IMG/VR virus record: IMGVR_UViG_3300031963_000055
Reading direction: 5' to 3' (one strand)
Length of the DNA stretch: 64,000 nt
Origin: an uncultured virus (IMG/VR IMGVR_UViG_3300031963_000055)
Lineage: Duplodnaviria; Heunggongvirae; Uroviricota; Caudoviricetes
In this document: one piece after another, positions 17,041 through 26,306 of the stretch
Numbering within the stretch: the stretch's first letter is position 1
Layout: every line of letters begins with the position of its first letter
Program-made: the position numbers and the translations under genes
The notes under the pieces: generated by a model
What the model saw: only the letters and a program-made list of their open reading frames with translations
The model's database searches: none
Told to the model about the DNA's origin: nothing

Positions 17041-19047
17041 ACAGAGGATAGAACAGGGTTTATCAGGTGAATATACAGGATTAGCTAATGGATTTGACAG
17101 AATTAATAAGTATATTTATAATATACAAAGAGGTTGCTACACTTTAATCGGTGGTTTAAGTGGATCTAGTAAGACGACACTTTGTGATTTTATATTACTA
17201 AATGGTTTACAAGATGCTCAGGCAAAAGGTATCCCATTTAATGTAACTTATTACTCTTGGGAGATTGATGAAGTAAGTAAAAAAGCCAATTGGTTATCTG
17301 TACTAATCTATAATAAGTATGACAGAGTTATCTCTCCTCAGACTATTAAGGGATTAGGTGATTCTAGGTTAACTGAAGAAGAACAAGAAATAGTTTATGA
17401 TACATTACCTGAATTAGAAGAACTATTTTCAAAGATTACTTGGCATTGGACACCGGTTAATCCTACTGGATTGTACTCTGAGTGGTGGAAAACAATGTCA
17501 GATAAAGGTAAGTTTACAACTATACCTTATATTGATGATGATGGTAATCCTAAAGACAGAATAACAGGTTGGACAGCTTATAATAAAGAAGAATATAATA
17601 TTGTAGTATTAGATCACTTAGCTTTAGGTAAGATAGAAAGAGGGTTTACACTTAAACAGAATATTGATAAAATATCTGAATACATTGTAGGATGTAGAAA
17701 TATGTTTAATATGACATTCTATATTGTGGCCCAATTTAATCAAGGGTTTCATAAAAAAATCACAAATTAATTTGTGTATGTTAAAGTTATTTCGTATATT
17801 TAAATATGACAGGAATATACAAAATAACAAATTTAGTAACAAACAAAGTTTATATTGGTAGTGCAATAAATATAGATAGTAGAATTAAAGCACATATTAG
17901 TAAATTAAAAGGTAACTTACACATTAACAAACACTTACAATCTTCATATAATAAGTATGGAGAGAATAATTTCAAGTTTGAATTAATAAGAGAAGTTTCT
18001 AATAATATACTGAGAAGAGCTGAACAATTTTATATTAATAAATACCAATCAATAAATCCAAAATACGGATATAATAAGGCCACTGTTGTCTCAAATACTT
18101 GGGACGATATAGAAAAACCTATTATATTAAAAGATAAAATCTATTTTGGATGTTATAATAAACAAGGTAAGTTAGTAAAAGTTTTTAAAACAATAGACGA
18201 GGTAAAAACTTTTTTAAATGTTAAAAAGTGTACAAGGGTTTATGAGTCTTGTAATAGTAATTTAACAAAAACAGCATATAATTATTATTGGATAAGATTA
18301 GATATGGCAATATTTAAATTTCAAAATAAATTAAATGTTTTTAAAAGAAAAGGTAGGCATCGTGAATTATTGCAATATGATTTAGAAGGTAACTTTATTA
18401 AAAAATGGGATTGTGCAACTGATGTTGCGGTTTTTTTTAATGTACACCCAAGTAATATTACAAAATGTTTAAAAACAAATAACATATACAGAAATAATAA
18501 GTGGTTTTACTCGGCCCCCTAGTATGGTAACATACTTTGAATAACCCAGAATATCGGTGGACATCCTGAAGAGGACAATACCGAGAGATAGATTAATTGT
18601 GAAATTAATAAGCTCGTAACGACTACCAATGGGTATCCTATAGTCTATAGGATAATGGTATAGTCTGCTCTGCAAGTATAACAAAATAAGTTGCAGTTAA
18701 CATAACATGTGAGTAGTGTTGAACGATTAAAGTTTAAAGGTGCAGATATTTCTCCACAACAAACTGATTTCAAAGACTCAACTTCTCCTTACCAAGATGC
18801 TGATATAGTAATGGGTTTAATGAATGCCTATAAAATGGATTTAGAAACCAACTTAAATTACAATATTAAAGTAGATGGATTTCCTTATAATTTAAAAGGT
18901 AAATACAGACTTCTTAAGGTAATTAAAAATAGATTAGGTCAAGACAATATATCTATTGGTTTATATACCAAACCTGAAGCTGGTTACTTTGAAGAATTAC
19001 CTAAAGAAATGACATCAGAAGATTACACAAGATACTTAAACAAATAA
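17027..19047 (+). CDS. dnaB: DnaB-like replicative helicase, spliced: exons 17027-17747 and 18710-19047 (352 aa)
   Basis: Walker A-like GGLSGSSKT, VVLDHL, spliced AQFNQG-L-SSVER, QDADIV, KNRLG; the join T|TG restores the frame. Confidence 0.9.
17771..17802 (+). promoter_or_regulatory. Bacteroidota-type promoter for the intron endonuclease
   Basis: TTTG-N20-TATATTTA, close to the -33/-7 consensus TTTG/TAnnTTTG. Confidence 0.5.
17806..18522 (+). CDS. Intron-encoded GIY-YIG homing endonuclease
   Basis: TGIYKITN...VYIGSA...R...H...N.HLQ...E...GYN; two NUMOD1-like C-terminal modules. Confidence 0.9.
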   Translation: MTGIYKITNLVTNKVYIGSAINIDSRIKAHISKLKGNLHINKHLQSSYNKYGENNFKFELIREVSNNILRRAEQFYINKYQSINPKYGYNKATVVSNTWDDIEKPIILKDKIYFGCYNKQGKLVKVFKTIDEVKTFLNVKKCTRVYESCNSNLTKTAYNYYWIRLDMAIFKFQNKLNVFKRKGRHRELLQYDLEGNFIKKWDCATDVAVFFNVHPSNITKCLKTNNIYRNNKWFYSAP

Positions 19048-19048
19048 C

Positions 19049-20602
19049 ATGGGAAGAATAGTATTAGTTATTGGAGAACCTGGTTCCGGGAAGTCAAGAG
19101 GTATATTAAATTTAGATGAGAATACAACTCTATTAATTAAACCTAATAGAAAAGAACTACCTTTTAGAGGTGGTGCTGTGAAATACAGTGTAGATAAAGG
19201 CAATGTAGTTAATTGTAGTACTTTTCCTGAGCTTAAAGTTATTTTAACTAAAGCTAATGCAGGTACTAAGTTTAAAACTATTGTCATAGAAGATTTTACT
19301 CACTTTTTAACTAGTAGAGTTATGGCAGACTCTAAGATTAATGGGTTCTACTAAAATTGAAGCTCAGGATAAACCTATTTAACTGACTGGAAACTCCTTA
19401 GAGTCTTACACACTCCCTACAACAGTAATGATTGTAGTATAGTAAAAGAGGTAAGAATTGGACAATCAGCAGCCAAGCATCTTTATGAGATGAAGGTTCA
19501 ACGACTATCGAAACACATATTTGTGAAAATATGAATGGAGTAGAGTAGATAAATTTTAGTCGAAAATTTGTCGAAAAGGTAGGTTATTATCGTATCTTTG
19601 TAATAAAATAAATAATATGAGAAGAATTAATGGTAAATTAACAAAAGAATATAGAGCTTGGAAAAATATGAAAGCTAGATGTTATTCTACATGTAATAAA
19701 AATCACGGTAAATATTATGAAAATAATATTCAAGTTTGTGATAGGTGGAAGAATTCTTTTGAAGACTTTTTACAAGATATGGGAAAAGCTCCTGAAAATC
19801 ATTCTTTAGACAGAATTGATAATTTAGGAAACTATGAACCAGGTAATTGTAAGTGGTCTACAAATAAACAACAATGTATGAATAGGGGAGAGTTTAATTT
19901 ACTTTATACATATAATGGAGAAACAAAAATACTTTCTGAATGGGCTGAATTATATAATTTAGATTATAATAATTTACATAAAAGAATATTTAGAAGTAAT
20001 ATGAGTTTTGAAGAAGCTATTGTTTATAACAATTTAAAATTAATTTTTTATAAAGGAGAATTTAAAACTGCTCAAGAATGGAGTAAATTATTAAATATAC
20101 CTTTAAGTATTATTTACGATAGAAAATCAAGAGGTTGGACATCTGAAAGAATGTTTGAACAACCTATTGGTGCAAAGAAAAAGATAATAAAAGATATAGT
20201 CTGACGTATAGTGAAAGTTATACGATATTTGTTCAAAAGTGGTCAGATTTAGCTCTTGATGTATTTCAAGGGTTGATTAAAATAGAAGAACAATTGCGTG
20301 ATGATTTAAATGTTATAGTGATTGGACATACAGAAAGAAATACTGATGTGAATGGTAATAGTGTTATTACTTTACAAACAGTAGGGAAGTTATTAGATAA
20401 TCAAATCAAAATACCTTCATACTTTACTTATGTCCTTCACACTGATGTGAAAGAAGTGAATGGAAAAATGGAATATTCATTATTAACTAATAGTGATGGT
20501 CTTAGATTAGCTAAATCACCTGAGGGTTGTTTAGATAAATTTGAACCAAATGATTATAAGTTAATCTTGGATAAAATAGCAAAATATCAGTTAGGAGAGT
20601 AA
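19049..20602 (+). CDS. AAA_24/Sak4-like P-loop ATPase, spliced: exons 19049-19346 and 20232-20602 (222 aa)
   Basis: GEPGSGKS, IVIED, spliced KING-F-QKWSDLA, IGH, AKSP motifs; followed by SSB-like gene. Confidence 0.85.
19567..19600 (+). promoter_or_regulatory. Bacteroidota-type promoter for the HNH ORF, inside the intron core
   Basis: TTTG-N22-TATCTTTG. Confidence 0.55.
19617..20204 (+). CDS. Intron-encoded HNH-type homing endonuclease
   Basis: YRAWKNMKARC...VCDRW...SLDRIDNLGNYEPGNCKW; duplicated Y.GE.K...EW C-terminal modules. Confidence 0.88.
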   Translation: MRRINGKLTKEYRAWKNMKARCYSTCNKNHGKYYENNIQVCDRWKNSFEDFLQDMGKAPENHSLDRIDNLGNYEPGNCKWSTNKQQCMNRGEFNLLYTYNGETKILSEWAELYNLDYNNLHKRIFRSNMSFEEAIVYNNLKLIFYKGEFKTAQEWSKLLNIPLSIIYDRKSRGWTSERMFEQPIGAKKKIIKDIV

Positions 20603-20647
20603 TTCCCTCCTATAAATTAAATCATTAACAATTAAAATAAATAAATT

Positions 20648-21232
20648 ATGTTCAATTTTGAAAACGCAGAAGTATCTAAAGGTAATTACAAAGAAACTAT
20701 TAAACCAGGAATTAGTATTGTTAAAGTAACAGCTATTACTAATGGTGTAAGTACTCAAAAACAAACTCCTTATTTAGAGTTTACAGTTGAAGATTCTCAT
20801 GGAGCAGAATTAAAACAACAGTATTACTTGAGTACAGTAGTTAATCCAGGTAAACAAAAATCTGCTTGGGATATTTCTAAGAATGCAATATTAGCTTTAG
20901 TTGCTGCATCTAACTCTTTAGATGAAACTACAGCTAAGACTAAGATGCCTAATGCTAAAACTGCTGAAGAATTAGCTCAAAAACTTGCTATTTTATTAAC
21001 AGGTAAAGAATTCAGATTAAAAGTAATTGGTGAAGAGAAAGTTTCTCAAAAAGGAACTAAATATGTAGCTTCATCTTTTAGTAATGGTGTATTCTGTGAA
21101 TCAAAACAAGTTGCTGAATCAGATTCTAAGTTATTCTTTAGTGCTGAGAAAAACATTAAGAAGTTAGCTATTGAACCAGCTACAACAGATACTACTTTTA
21201 GTAGCCCTGCTGCTGACTCAGTTACATTTTAA
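20648..21232 (+). CDS. Putative single-stranded DNA-binding protein (DUF669-like)
   Basis: Follows Sak4-like ATPase; beta-rich PYLEFTV pattern; C-terminus ends in aromatic DSVTF. Confidence 0.6.
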   Translation: MFNFENAEVSKGNYKETIKPGISIVKVTAITNGVSTQKQTPYLEFTVEDSHGAELKQQYYLSTVVNPGKQKSAWDISKNAILALVAASNSLDETTAKTKMPNAKTAEELAQKLAILLTGKEFRLKVIGEEKVSQKGTKYVASSFSNGVFCESKQVAESDSKLFFSAEKNIKKLAIEPATTDTTFSSPAADSVTF

Positions 21233-21288
21233 TAAATATTAAGTAAGAGGTGCTTAAAGTGATGGTAACTTGACCTTAACACAAGTTA

Positions 21289-21426
21289 TAGCTGCTGGTT
21301 CTTAGGTTTTACAAAAGAACTCATTGGGAATACGTTTGGAAAACCATCCTCTCCCCAAGTAAATGGTTGAAGGGTTTACGTCTGGTAAGACAGTAATTGG
21401 TTACTCAAATAGCAGGAAACCAGCTA
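21289..21426 (+). ncRNA. Candidate multi-arm structured RNA
   Basis: Closing TAGCTG/CAGCTA; arms GTTCTT/AAGAAC, TTGGG/CCCAA, GTAAAT/GTTTAC, GTCT/AGAC, AGTAAT/GTTACT. Confidence 0.5.
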
Positions 21427-21470
21427 AAATCTAGTCTTTACAGTAATCTCATGTAGAGCAATTAATAATT

Positions 21471-21535
21471 AAGTAATAATGGGTGCTAAAGAGGATTAGC
21501 TTAAATCGAGCAGAGGGTTCAGCCTATTATTACTT
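21471..21535 (+). ncRNA. Three-way-junction RNA motif, copy 2
   Basis: 14-bp P1 AAGTAATAATGGGT/GCCTATTATTACTT, P2 GCTAA/TTAGC, linker TTAAATC, P3 GAGC/GTTC, single A. Confidence 0.55.
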
Positions 21536-21551
21536 TATAAAAAATTAAATT

Positions 21552-21803
21552 ATGGAGCACTATATAGATTACAAAGCAACAGTTTGGTTTAGAATTCCTG
21601 TTAAAAAAGAAGATTTAGAATTAGTAACTAATAAACTTGTTAATGGTACAACACCTGCAGAGTTATATGACGATATAGATTTGGAACTAGGTCAGTGTGA
21701 ACCTTTATATGATACTGAAGAATTTATATCACCTAATGAAAATGATAGTCAAAATACTATTGAAATCTTTAGTGATACTCAATTAATTTGGTATAATACA
21801 TAA
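21552..21803 (+). CDS. Acidic hypothetical protein
   Basis: ORF track. Confidence 0.65.
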   Translation: MEHYIDYKATVWFRIPVKKEDLELVTNKLVNGTTPAELYDDIDLELGQCEPLYDTEEFISPNENDSQNTIEIFSDTQLIWYNT

Positions 21804-21807
21804 TAAT

Positions 21808-22800
21808 ATGTTCAATTTTGATAGTGCAAGTTTACAGATAAATAAAGATGAAATACTTAAATACATTACAGAGTTACAAATATTAGAAAGATATTGTAGT
21901 AATTATAAATCAATAGACACTAGTTTTAAATCAGAGTTTTACTCAGATAAAAATGGTAGTTGTAGAATTATAATTAGTGCTTCAGGAATACCTTATTACA
22001 AAGATTATGGAAATGGAGATTACTTTCTAGCATTTGATTATGTAAGTAGAAAGTATGGATCTAGTTATCATGAAACGTGTAATATCATAGCTAATGATTT
22101 TGGATTAAAGAGAACTAATTTGAGTGTAACACCTCAATTACTATTAACCAATGATTCTCCTAAGTTAGTTAAAGTTAAATCTAATATTCAAGTAATTGTT
22201 AAACCATTTAGTTTAATAGATTATGAGTATTGGATGCAATATGGTATATCTTTACAAACATTGCAATTTTTTAATGTTAAAGCTTGTAGTCATGTTTATC
22301 TAAATAAAGGAGATAAACATTATGTATTTGAGTATAAAAATAGTAATCCTTTATATTCTTATAAATTCTTTAAAAATAATATGGAATATTTTAAAATCTA
22401 TAATCCTTATTCTATTACTAAAGAAGGTAAGTGGTTAAGTAATGTAGGTAGTGATTGTTTGCAGGGATACGATCAATTACCAGAAACAGGAGATTTACTT
22501 ATTATTACAAAAAGTTTAAAAGACGTTTTATGTTTTTATGAAATGGGTATATCGGCAGTAGGTTTACAAGCTGAAACTAATAAGATGAGTAAGAAATCAT
22601 TTGATGAATTATCTAAAAGATTTAAAAGACTAGTTTTATTGCTAGATAATGATGACCAAGGATATACTTCAACTTGTGAATTCTTATTAACTTATGATAT
22701 AGAGTTCTTCTTTATACCTAATGAAAAAGATATTAGTGATTACATTAAAAAGTATAACTTAGAAAAAGCTAAAAAATTAATTAAAAAGAAGTTATTATGA
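21808..22800 (+). CDS. dnaG: DnaG-type TOPRIM DNA primase
   Basis: YKDYG..D.F N-terminal domain; LIITKSLKDV and LLLDNDDQG TOPRIM motifs; KDISDY. Confidence 0.85.
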   Translation: MFNFDSASLQINKDEILKYITELQILERYCSNYKSIDTSFKSEFYSDKNGSCRIIISASGIPYYKDYGNGDYFLAFDYVSRKYGSSYHETCNIIANDFGLKRTNLSVTPQLLLTNDSPKLVKVKSNIQVIVKPFSLIDYEYWMQYGISLQTLQFFNVKACSHVYLNKGDKHYVFEYKNSNPLYSYKFFKNNMEYFKIYNPYSITKEGKWLSNVGSDCLQGYDQLPETGDLLIITKSLKDVLCFYEMGISAVGLQAETNKMSKKSFDELSKRFKRLVLLLDNDDQGYTSTCEFLLTYDIEFFFIPNEKDISDYIKKYNLEKAKKLIKKKLL

Positions 22801-22907
22801 TACCTGATGATGAAGATATTTTCCTACAAACTTTAAAATATGTGGGATATTCTATTTTAATTACAGCAATAATTGTAATAGGTATTTTAACATGTATAAT
22901 AAAATGA
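22797..22907 (+). CDS. 36-aa membrane microprotein (not in ORF track)
   Basis: MIPDDEDIFLQTLKYVGYSILITAIIVIGILTCIIK*, ATGA overlaps at both ends. Confidence 0.5.
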   Translation: MIPDDEDIFLQTLKYVGYSILITAIIVIGILTCIIK

Positions 22908-23209
22908 TTAACTTAAACTTTACACAATTTTGTGATAAGTATTCTCCAATAAAGAATACTATTGAGAAAGATACTCCTGTAGATGGATTTCTATTCTTAG
23001 ATAAAGACCAACTTAGAGATGTTCCTTTAGAAAGAATATGGTCATTAATTGATGATTCACTAAATGATGATATGTACATTACTAATGGTGCTAGAGTAAT
23101 TAATGCTTTAGGCTGGTTAGTAACTAGAGAATCATGGGAATTAGATGAATTAACTGAAGTTAGATTAGCAGAATCTGATATTAAAAAAGATGAAGATGGA
23201 GAAAATTAA
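22892..23209 (+). CDS. Hypothetical protein (may start at 22904)
   Basis: ORF track. Confidence 0.65.
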   Translation: MYNKMINLNFTQFCDKYSPIKNTIEKDTPVDGFLFLDKDQLRDVPLERIWSLIDDSLNDDMYITNGARVINALGWLVTRESWELDELTEVRLAESDIKKDEDGEN

Positions 23210-23636
23210 GGTAAGTTTTGAACCAAGTTCGATATGGAATAACGAAGATTTTAGACAATTAATTAAAGGTATAAAAGAGAATGATTATTCTTCTAAAGGA
23301 TTTGAATTTGAATTATGGATTATCACTACAAATGATAGTTTAATTTATATCAATGCAATTGCTAGTCAATTTGATATTCCAACAGATAGAGTTCAAATGG
23401 CATTAAATGACTCTACTAAAGTAGGATTAATAGTAGCTAATAGTGATATTCATTTTGATGGTGAACAATCTATTATTAGTACTTTAAAACCTAATACTAC
23501 AATTGATGCTGTAGGTATATTAGTAGATAGAAAGATAGATTATCCAGGTATGGGATTAAAGTATATTAAAAACTTTGATACTTGGACTACTGCTATTATG
23601 AGAGAAAGAAATGGTGATGAGAAGAAAGTTTGTTAA
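23190..23636 (+). CDS. Hypothetical protein, possibly degenerate HAD-like fold
   Basis: VSFE...WIITT...K...IHFD spacing loosely resembles HAD motifs but lacks the catalytic DxD. Confidence 0.5.
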   Translation: MKMEKIKVSFEPSSIWNNEDFRQLIKGIKENDYSSKGFEFELWIITTNDSLIYINAIASQFDIPTDRVQMALNDSTKVGLIVANSDIHFDGEQSIISTLKPNTTIDAVGILVDRKIDYPGMGLKYIKNFDTWTTAIMRERNGDEKKVC

Positions 23637-24183
23637 GAAAGCTAAAGCTACCCCAAAACCAAAGAAGAAAGCTGTTCCTCATGGTGTACCAACAGTACAT
23701 GATGGTGTTCAACTAAGATCTGGATTAGAAAAAGCATGTTATCAGGCCTTACAGAAAGCCAATATAACACACTTTAACTATGAAGATGATGTATTTGAAC
23801 TACAAAGTAAATTTACAGCTTCAGGAGTCAGTTATCAGCTTTATAAAAGAATGATGACTTATGATGAAGCTCAAGCTTTAGGAATTAATGCTAGATTTAA
23901 AGATAAGAAGAAAGCTAAGTATGTGTATCAATTTGGTGAAGTAACTAATAATCTTAGAGCAATAACTATTAAACCTGATTTTAGTTGTTTAGATAAAGAT
24001 ACTAAGACTGGTTGGATCATTGAAACTAAGGGATCCTACACAGAAGAATATCTTCTTAAACTTAGATTGTTTAAATATTGGTGGACTATAAATGGTTGGA
24101 ATATAGATTACTTTGCTCCTAATAACTTAACTAATGTAAACAAGTGTGTTAAACTAATTAAAACTAAATATTATGGATTATAG
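23611..24183 (+). CDS. T7 endonuclease I-like PD-(D/E)xK nuclease / junction resolvase
   Basis: RSGLE, YE, PDF, IIETKG motifs. Confidence 0.8.
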   Translation: MVMRRKFVKKAKATPKPKKKAVPHGVPTVHDGVQLRSGLEKACYQALQKANITHFNYEDDVFELQSKFTASGVSYQLYKRMMTYDEAQALGINARFKDKKKAKYVYQFGEVTNNLRAITIKPDFSCLDKDTKTGWIIETKGSYTEEYLLKLRLFKYWWTINGWNIDYFAPNNLTNVNKCVKLIKTKYYGL

Positions 24184-24637
24184 AGAAAAGTATAAAATGG
24201 TTAAGAAATTATTAATTATCAACATGATAGCATTATGTATTGCATTAATTTACATAACTACTAAAAATGATGATAAATTAACCTTACCAAAACCTACAAA
24301 TACAATAGACACTATTAAAATTGAAGGTTTTAGTGAAGCTAAACTAATAGAATTTATGGATATTTTAGAAATAGAATATCCATCTATTGTATTAGCTCAA
24401 GCTAAACATGAAACAGGTAATTACACATCTAATAGATTTATAAAATATAATGCTTTGTTTGGATTTCAAACATCTGATACAAGTATTATTAAGTATAAAT
24501 CTTGGAAAGAATCAGTAATTGCTTATAAATGTTGGCAGATGAAAAGACTTAAACCTGATGAAAATTACTATGACTTTCTAGTTAGAGTTAAGTATTCTCA
24601 AGATTCAAGTTATATTAACAAGTTAAAACAATATTAG
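24173..24637 (+). CDS. Membrane-anchored glucosaminidase (GH73-like)
   Basis: N-terminal TM helix; VLAQAKHETG, NALFG, YSQDSSYINKL. Confidence 0.75.
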   Translation: MDYREKYKMVKKLLIINMIALCIALIYITTKNDDKLTLPKPTNTIDTIKIEGFSEAKLIEFMDILEIEYPSIVLAQAKHETGNYTSNRFIKYNALFGFQTSDTSIIKYKSWKESVIAYKCWQMKRLKPDENYYDFLVRVKYSQDSSYINKLKQY

Positions 24638-24638
24638 T

Positions 24639-24803
24639 ATGCCTAAAGTAGATTATAAAGACCTAGAAGAGGTTACAAAGTTTTTAGATAAATTAGTTAA
24701 AGAAAATGTATCTGAAGGTATTAAAACAATATCTAATAACTTATCTAAAATGATCAAAGATAAATACACTGAAATAAAACCTGATTATGATAGGACTAAT
24801 TGA
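24639..24803 (+). CDS. Small hypothetical protein (54 aa, not in ORF track)
   Basis: MPKVDYKDLEEV...; fills the gap between genes. Confidence 0.5.
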   Translation: MPKVDYKDLEEVTKFLDKLVKENVSEGIKTISNNLSKMIKDKYTEIKPDYDRTN

Positions 24804-25536
24804 TGCAGATCATATACCATACATAGTATGTTATAACAAAGCAGGGGAACCTGAGAAAACTCTGGAAGAAGCTATTCATTCTGCAAATAGTTATCTTTCA
24901 GGGTTAATCAATGGTACTAAGATAGATGAATTTCATTTGTACTTCACAATTGGAACTAATTTTCGTTATCAGATTTATCCTGAATACAAAGCTAATAGAA
25001 AGAATAATGAGAAACCACCTTTCTTTAATGAAGTAAGAGATTATCTAATTAATGAGTATTGTGGAATTTATAAAGCTAATTTAGAAGCTGATGACGTACT
25101 TAATATTTATAAAAATAAGTACATTAAAGAACAAGTAAGTTATATTGTAATATCTACTGATAAAGATATTAATAACTTAGTTGGACTAAACTACGATATT
25201 AAAAACAATGTTGCAAGACTAGTGGATCAAGAATTTGCTGATCAATATTTTTGGGGATCTATAATAACCGGAGATACAGCAGATCATATTAAAGGTGTTC
25301 CTGGTAAAGGTCCTGCTTTTATTAAAAAGTTATGGGAAAGTACTAAGGATATAAATTTATTTAAAAGTAAAGTAATTTGTGAATACATAAACTATTTTGG
25401 TGAAGAATTAGGAATTGAAGAATTTTATAAAAACTATAAATGTCTAAAAATTAAAGACTCATACGAAGGTATGGAGTTTATTACACCAATTAAAAGTACT
25501 GAAGTTTATGCAAAAACGCTTGGAATGGCTGAATAA
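24787..25536 (+). CDS. 5'-3' exonuclease (FEN/T7 gp6-like)
   Basis: LIDAD, YKANR, EADD, DKD, GDTADHIKGVPGKG motifs. Confidence 0.92.
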   Translation: MIGLIDADHIPYIVCYNKAGEPEKTLEEAIHSANSYLSGLINGTKIDEFHLYFTIGTNFRYQIYPEYKANRKNNEKPPFFNEVRDYLINEYCGIYKANLEADDVLNIYKNKYIKEQVSYIVISTDKDINNLVGLNYDIKNNVARLVDQEFADQYFWGSIITGDTADHIKGVPGKGPAFIKKLWESTKDINLFKSKVICEYINYFGEELGIEEFYKNYKCLKIKDSYEGMEFITPIKSTEVYAKTLGMAE

Positions 25537-26104
25537 TTTTGGCTATATAGAAAATAGTTCTGTAAGAAGAACTAGGACGACTTTGTTTTTAATGCCTTTA
25601 ATAGGTATATCAGAAACAAAAATTATGGAGCATCATCCTAAGATGTTCATTAACGCACATATTAAAAATATTATTGATAAAGAAGTTGTTGTAGTATTAA
25701 ATAAATTAGATTTTACAGAAGAATCTATTACATTTATTTTATTACAAAACTTAAATGAAAACTTTATTGAATGTATAGAAGATGATGAAGAGTATTTATT
25801 ATATTATAAAATACCTCAACATTTCTATGAAGATTTTGACAAGATTATTGAAGGTAAGTATTCTAAAACATCAGATGGATATAAGAGTGTAATACTTAAT
25901 ATCTATGGTGTTGAAAGAAATACTAAAGACCATAAACCATATATGCATGACTGTTTATATCCTGATGATATTAAACGTAAGCTTTATGCAAATTACTTAA
26001 ATGTAGATGTAAATCTAATAGATGAAGTATCTAGTAGACCACGTTTAAAAGAATATGAATTATTTAAAACAATTAATCAATTAAATGAAAATTATGAACT
26101 CTAG
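25508..26104 (+). CDS. Hypothetical phage protein
   Basis: ORF track; FLMP...IIEGKYSK pattern. Confidence 0.7.
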   Translation: MQKRLEWLNNFGYIENSSVRRTRTTLFLMPLIGISETKIMEHHPKMFINAHIKNIIDKEVVVVLNKLDFTEESITFILLQNLNENFIECIEDDEEYLLYYKIPQHFYEDFDKIIEGKYSKTSDGYKSVILNIYGVERNTKDHKPYMHDCLYPDDIKRKLYANYLNVDVNLIDEVSSRPRLKEYELFKTINQLNENYEL

Positions 26105-26306
26105 TGAAAGAATTGAACAATTAATTAAAGAGAAATCTAAAGATCGAATATTTCCCATATTGAACAAAGTTGACCGCTACTGGACTACTAATTCAGAGTT
26201 AACCTTTTGTGAAGTTATAAAAGCTTTAGGGATTGATGGTAATTTAGATGATTTAGACTTAACAAAAAGATTAGATGAACATATAGATGACAACAACATT
26301 AAATAA
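26085..26306 (+). CDS. Hypothetical protein
   Basis: ORF track. Confidence 0.6.
   Translation: MKIMNSSERIEQLIKEKSKDRIFPILNKVDRYWTTNSELTFCEVIKALGIDGNLDDLDLTKRLDEHIDDNNIK

Larger units (their letters stand above)
17748..18709 (+). mobile_element. Group I intron (962 nt) in dnaB with GIY-YIG ORF in the P1 loop
   Basis: 5' exon ends in U (GGGT), intron ends in G; IGS GCCC; P10 TTACTCG/TGAGTAG; P2 AGTATG/CATACT; P3 ACCCA/TGGGT; P7 GACTA/TAGTC; P8 ATCCTATAG/CTATAGGAT. Confidence 0.9.
19347..20231 (+). mobile_element. Group I intron (885 nt, IA-like) with HNH ORF in the P8 loop
   Basis: P AACTGACTGGAAACTCC, Q AATCAGCAGCC, R GTTCAACGACTA, S AAGATATAGTCT; P3 ACCTATT/GGTAGGT; P8 TTATTATC/GATAATAA; P10 TTGAA/TTCAA; U at 5' site, terminal G. 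Confidence 0.93.

Noticed and set aside
17624..19287. Minus-strand ORFs 17624..17866, 18469..18684 and 19036..19287
   Set aside because: Shadows of dnaB, intron and ATPase sequence
3460..23079. Minus-strand ORFs 3460..3651, 5699..5899 and 22861..23079
   Set aside because: Antisense overlaps of better-supported + strand genes
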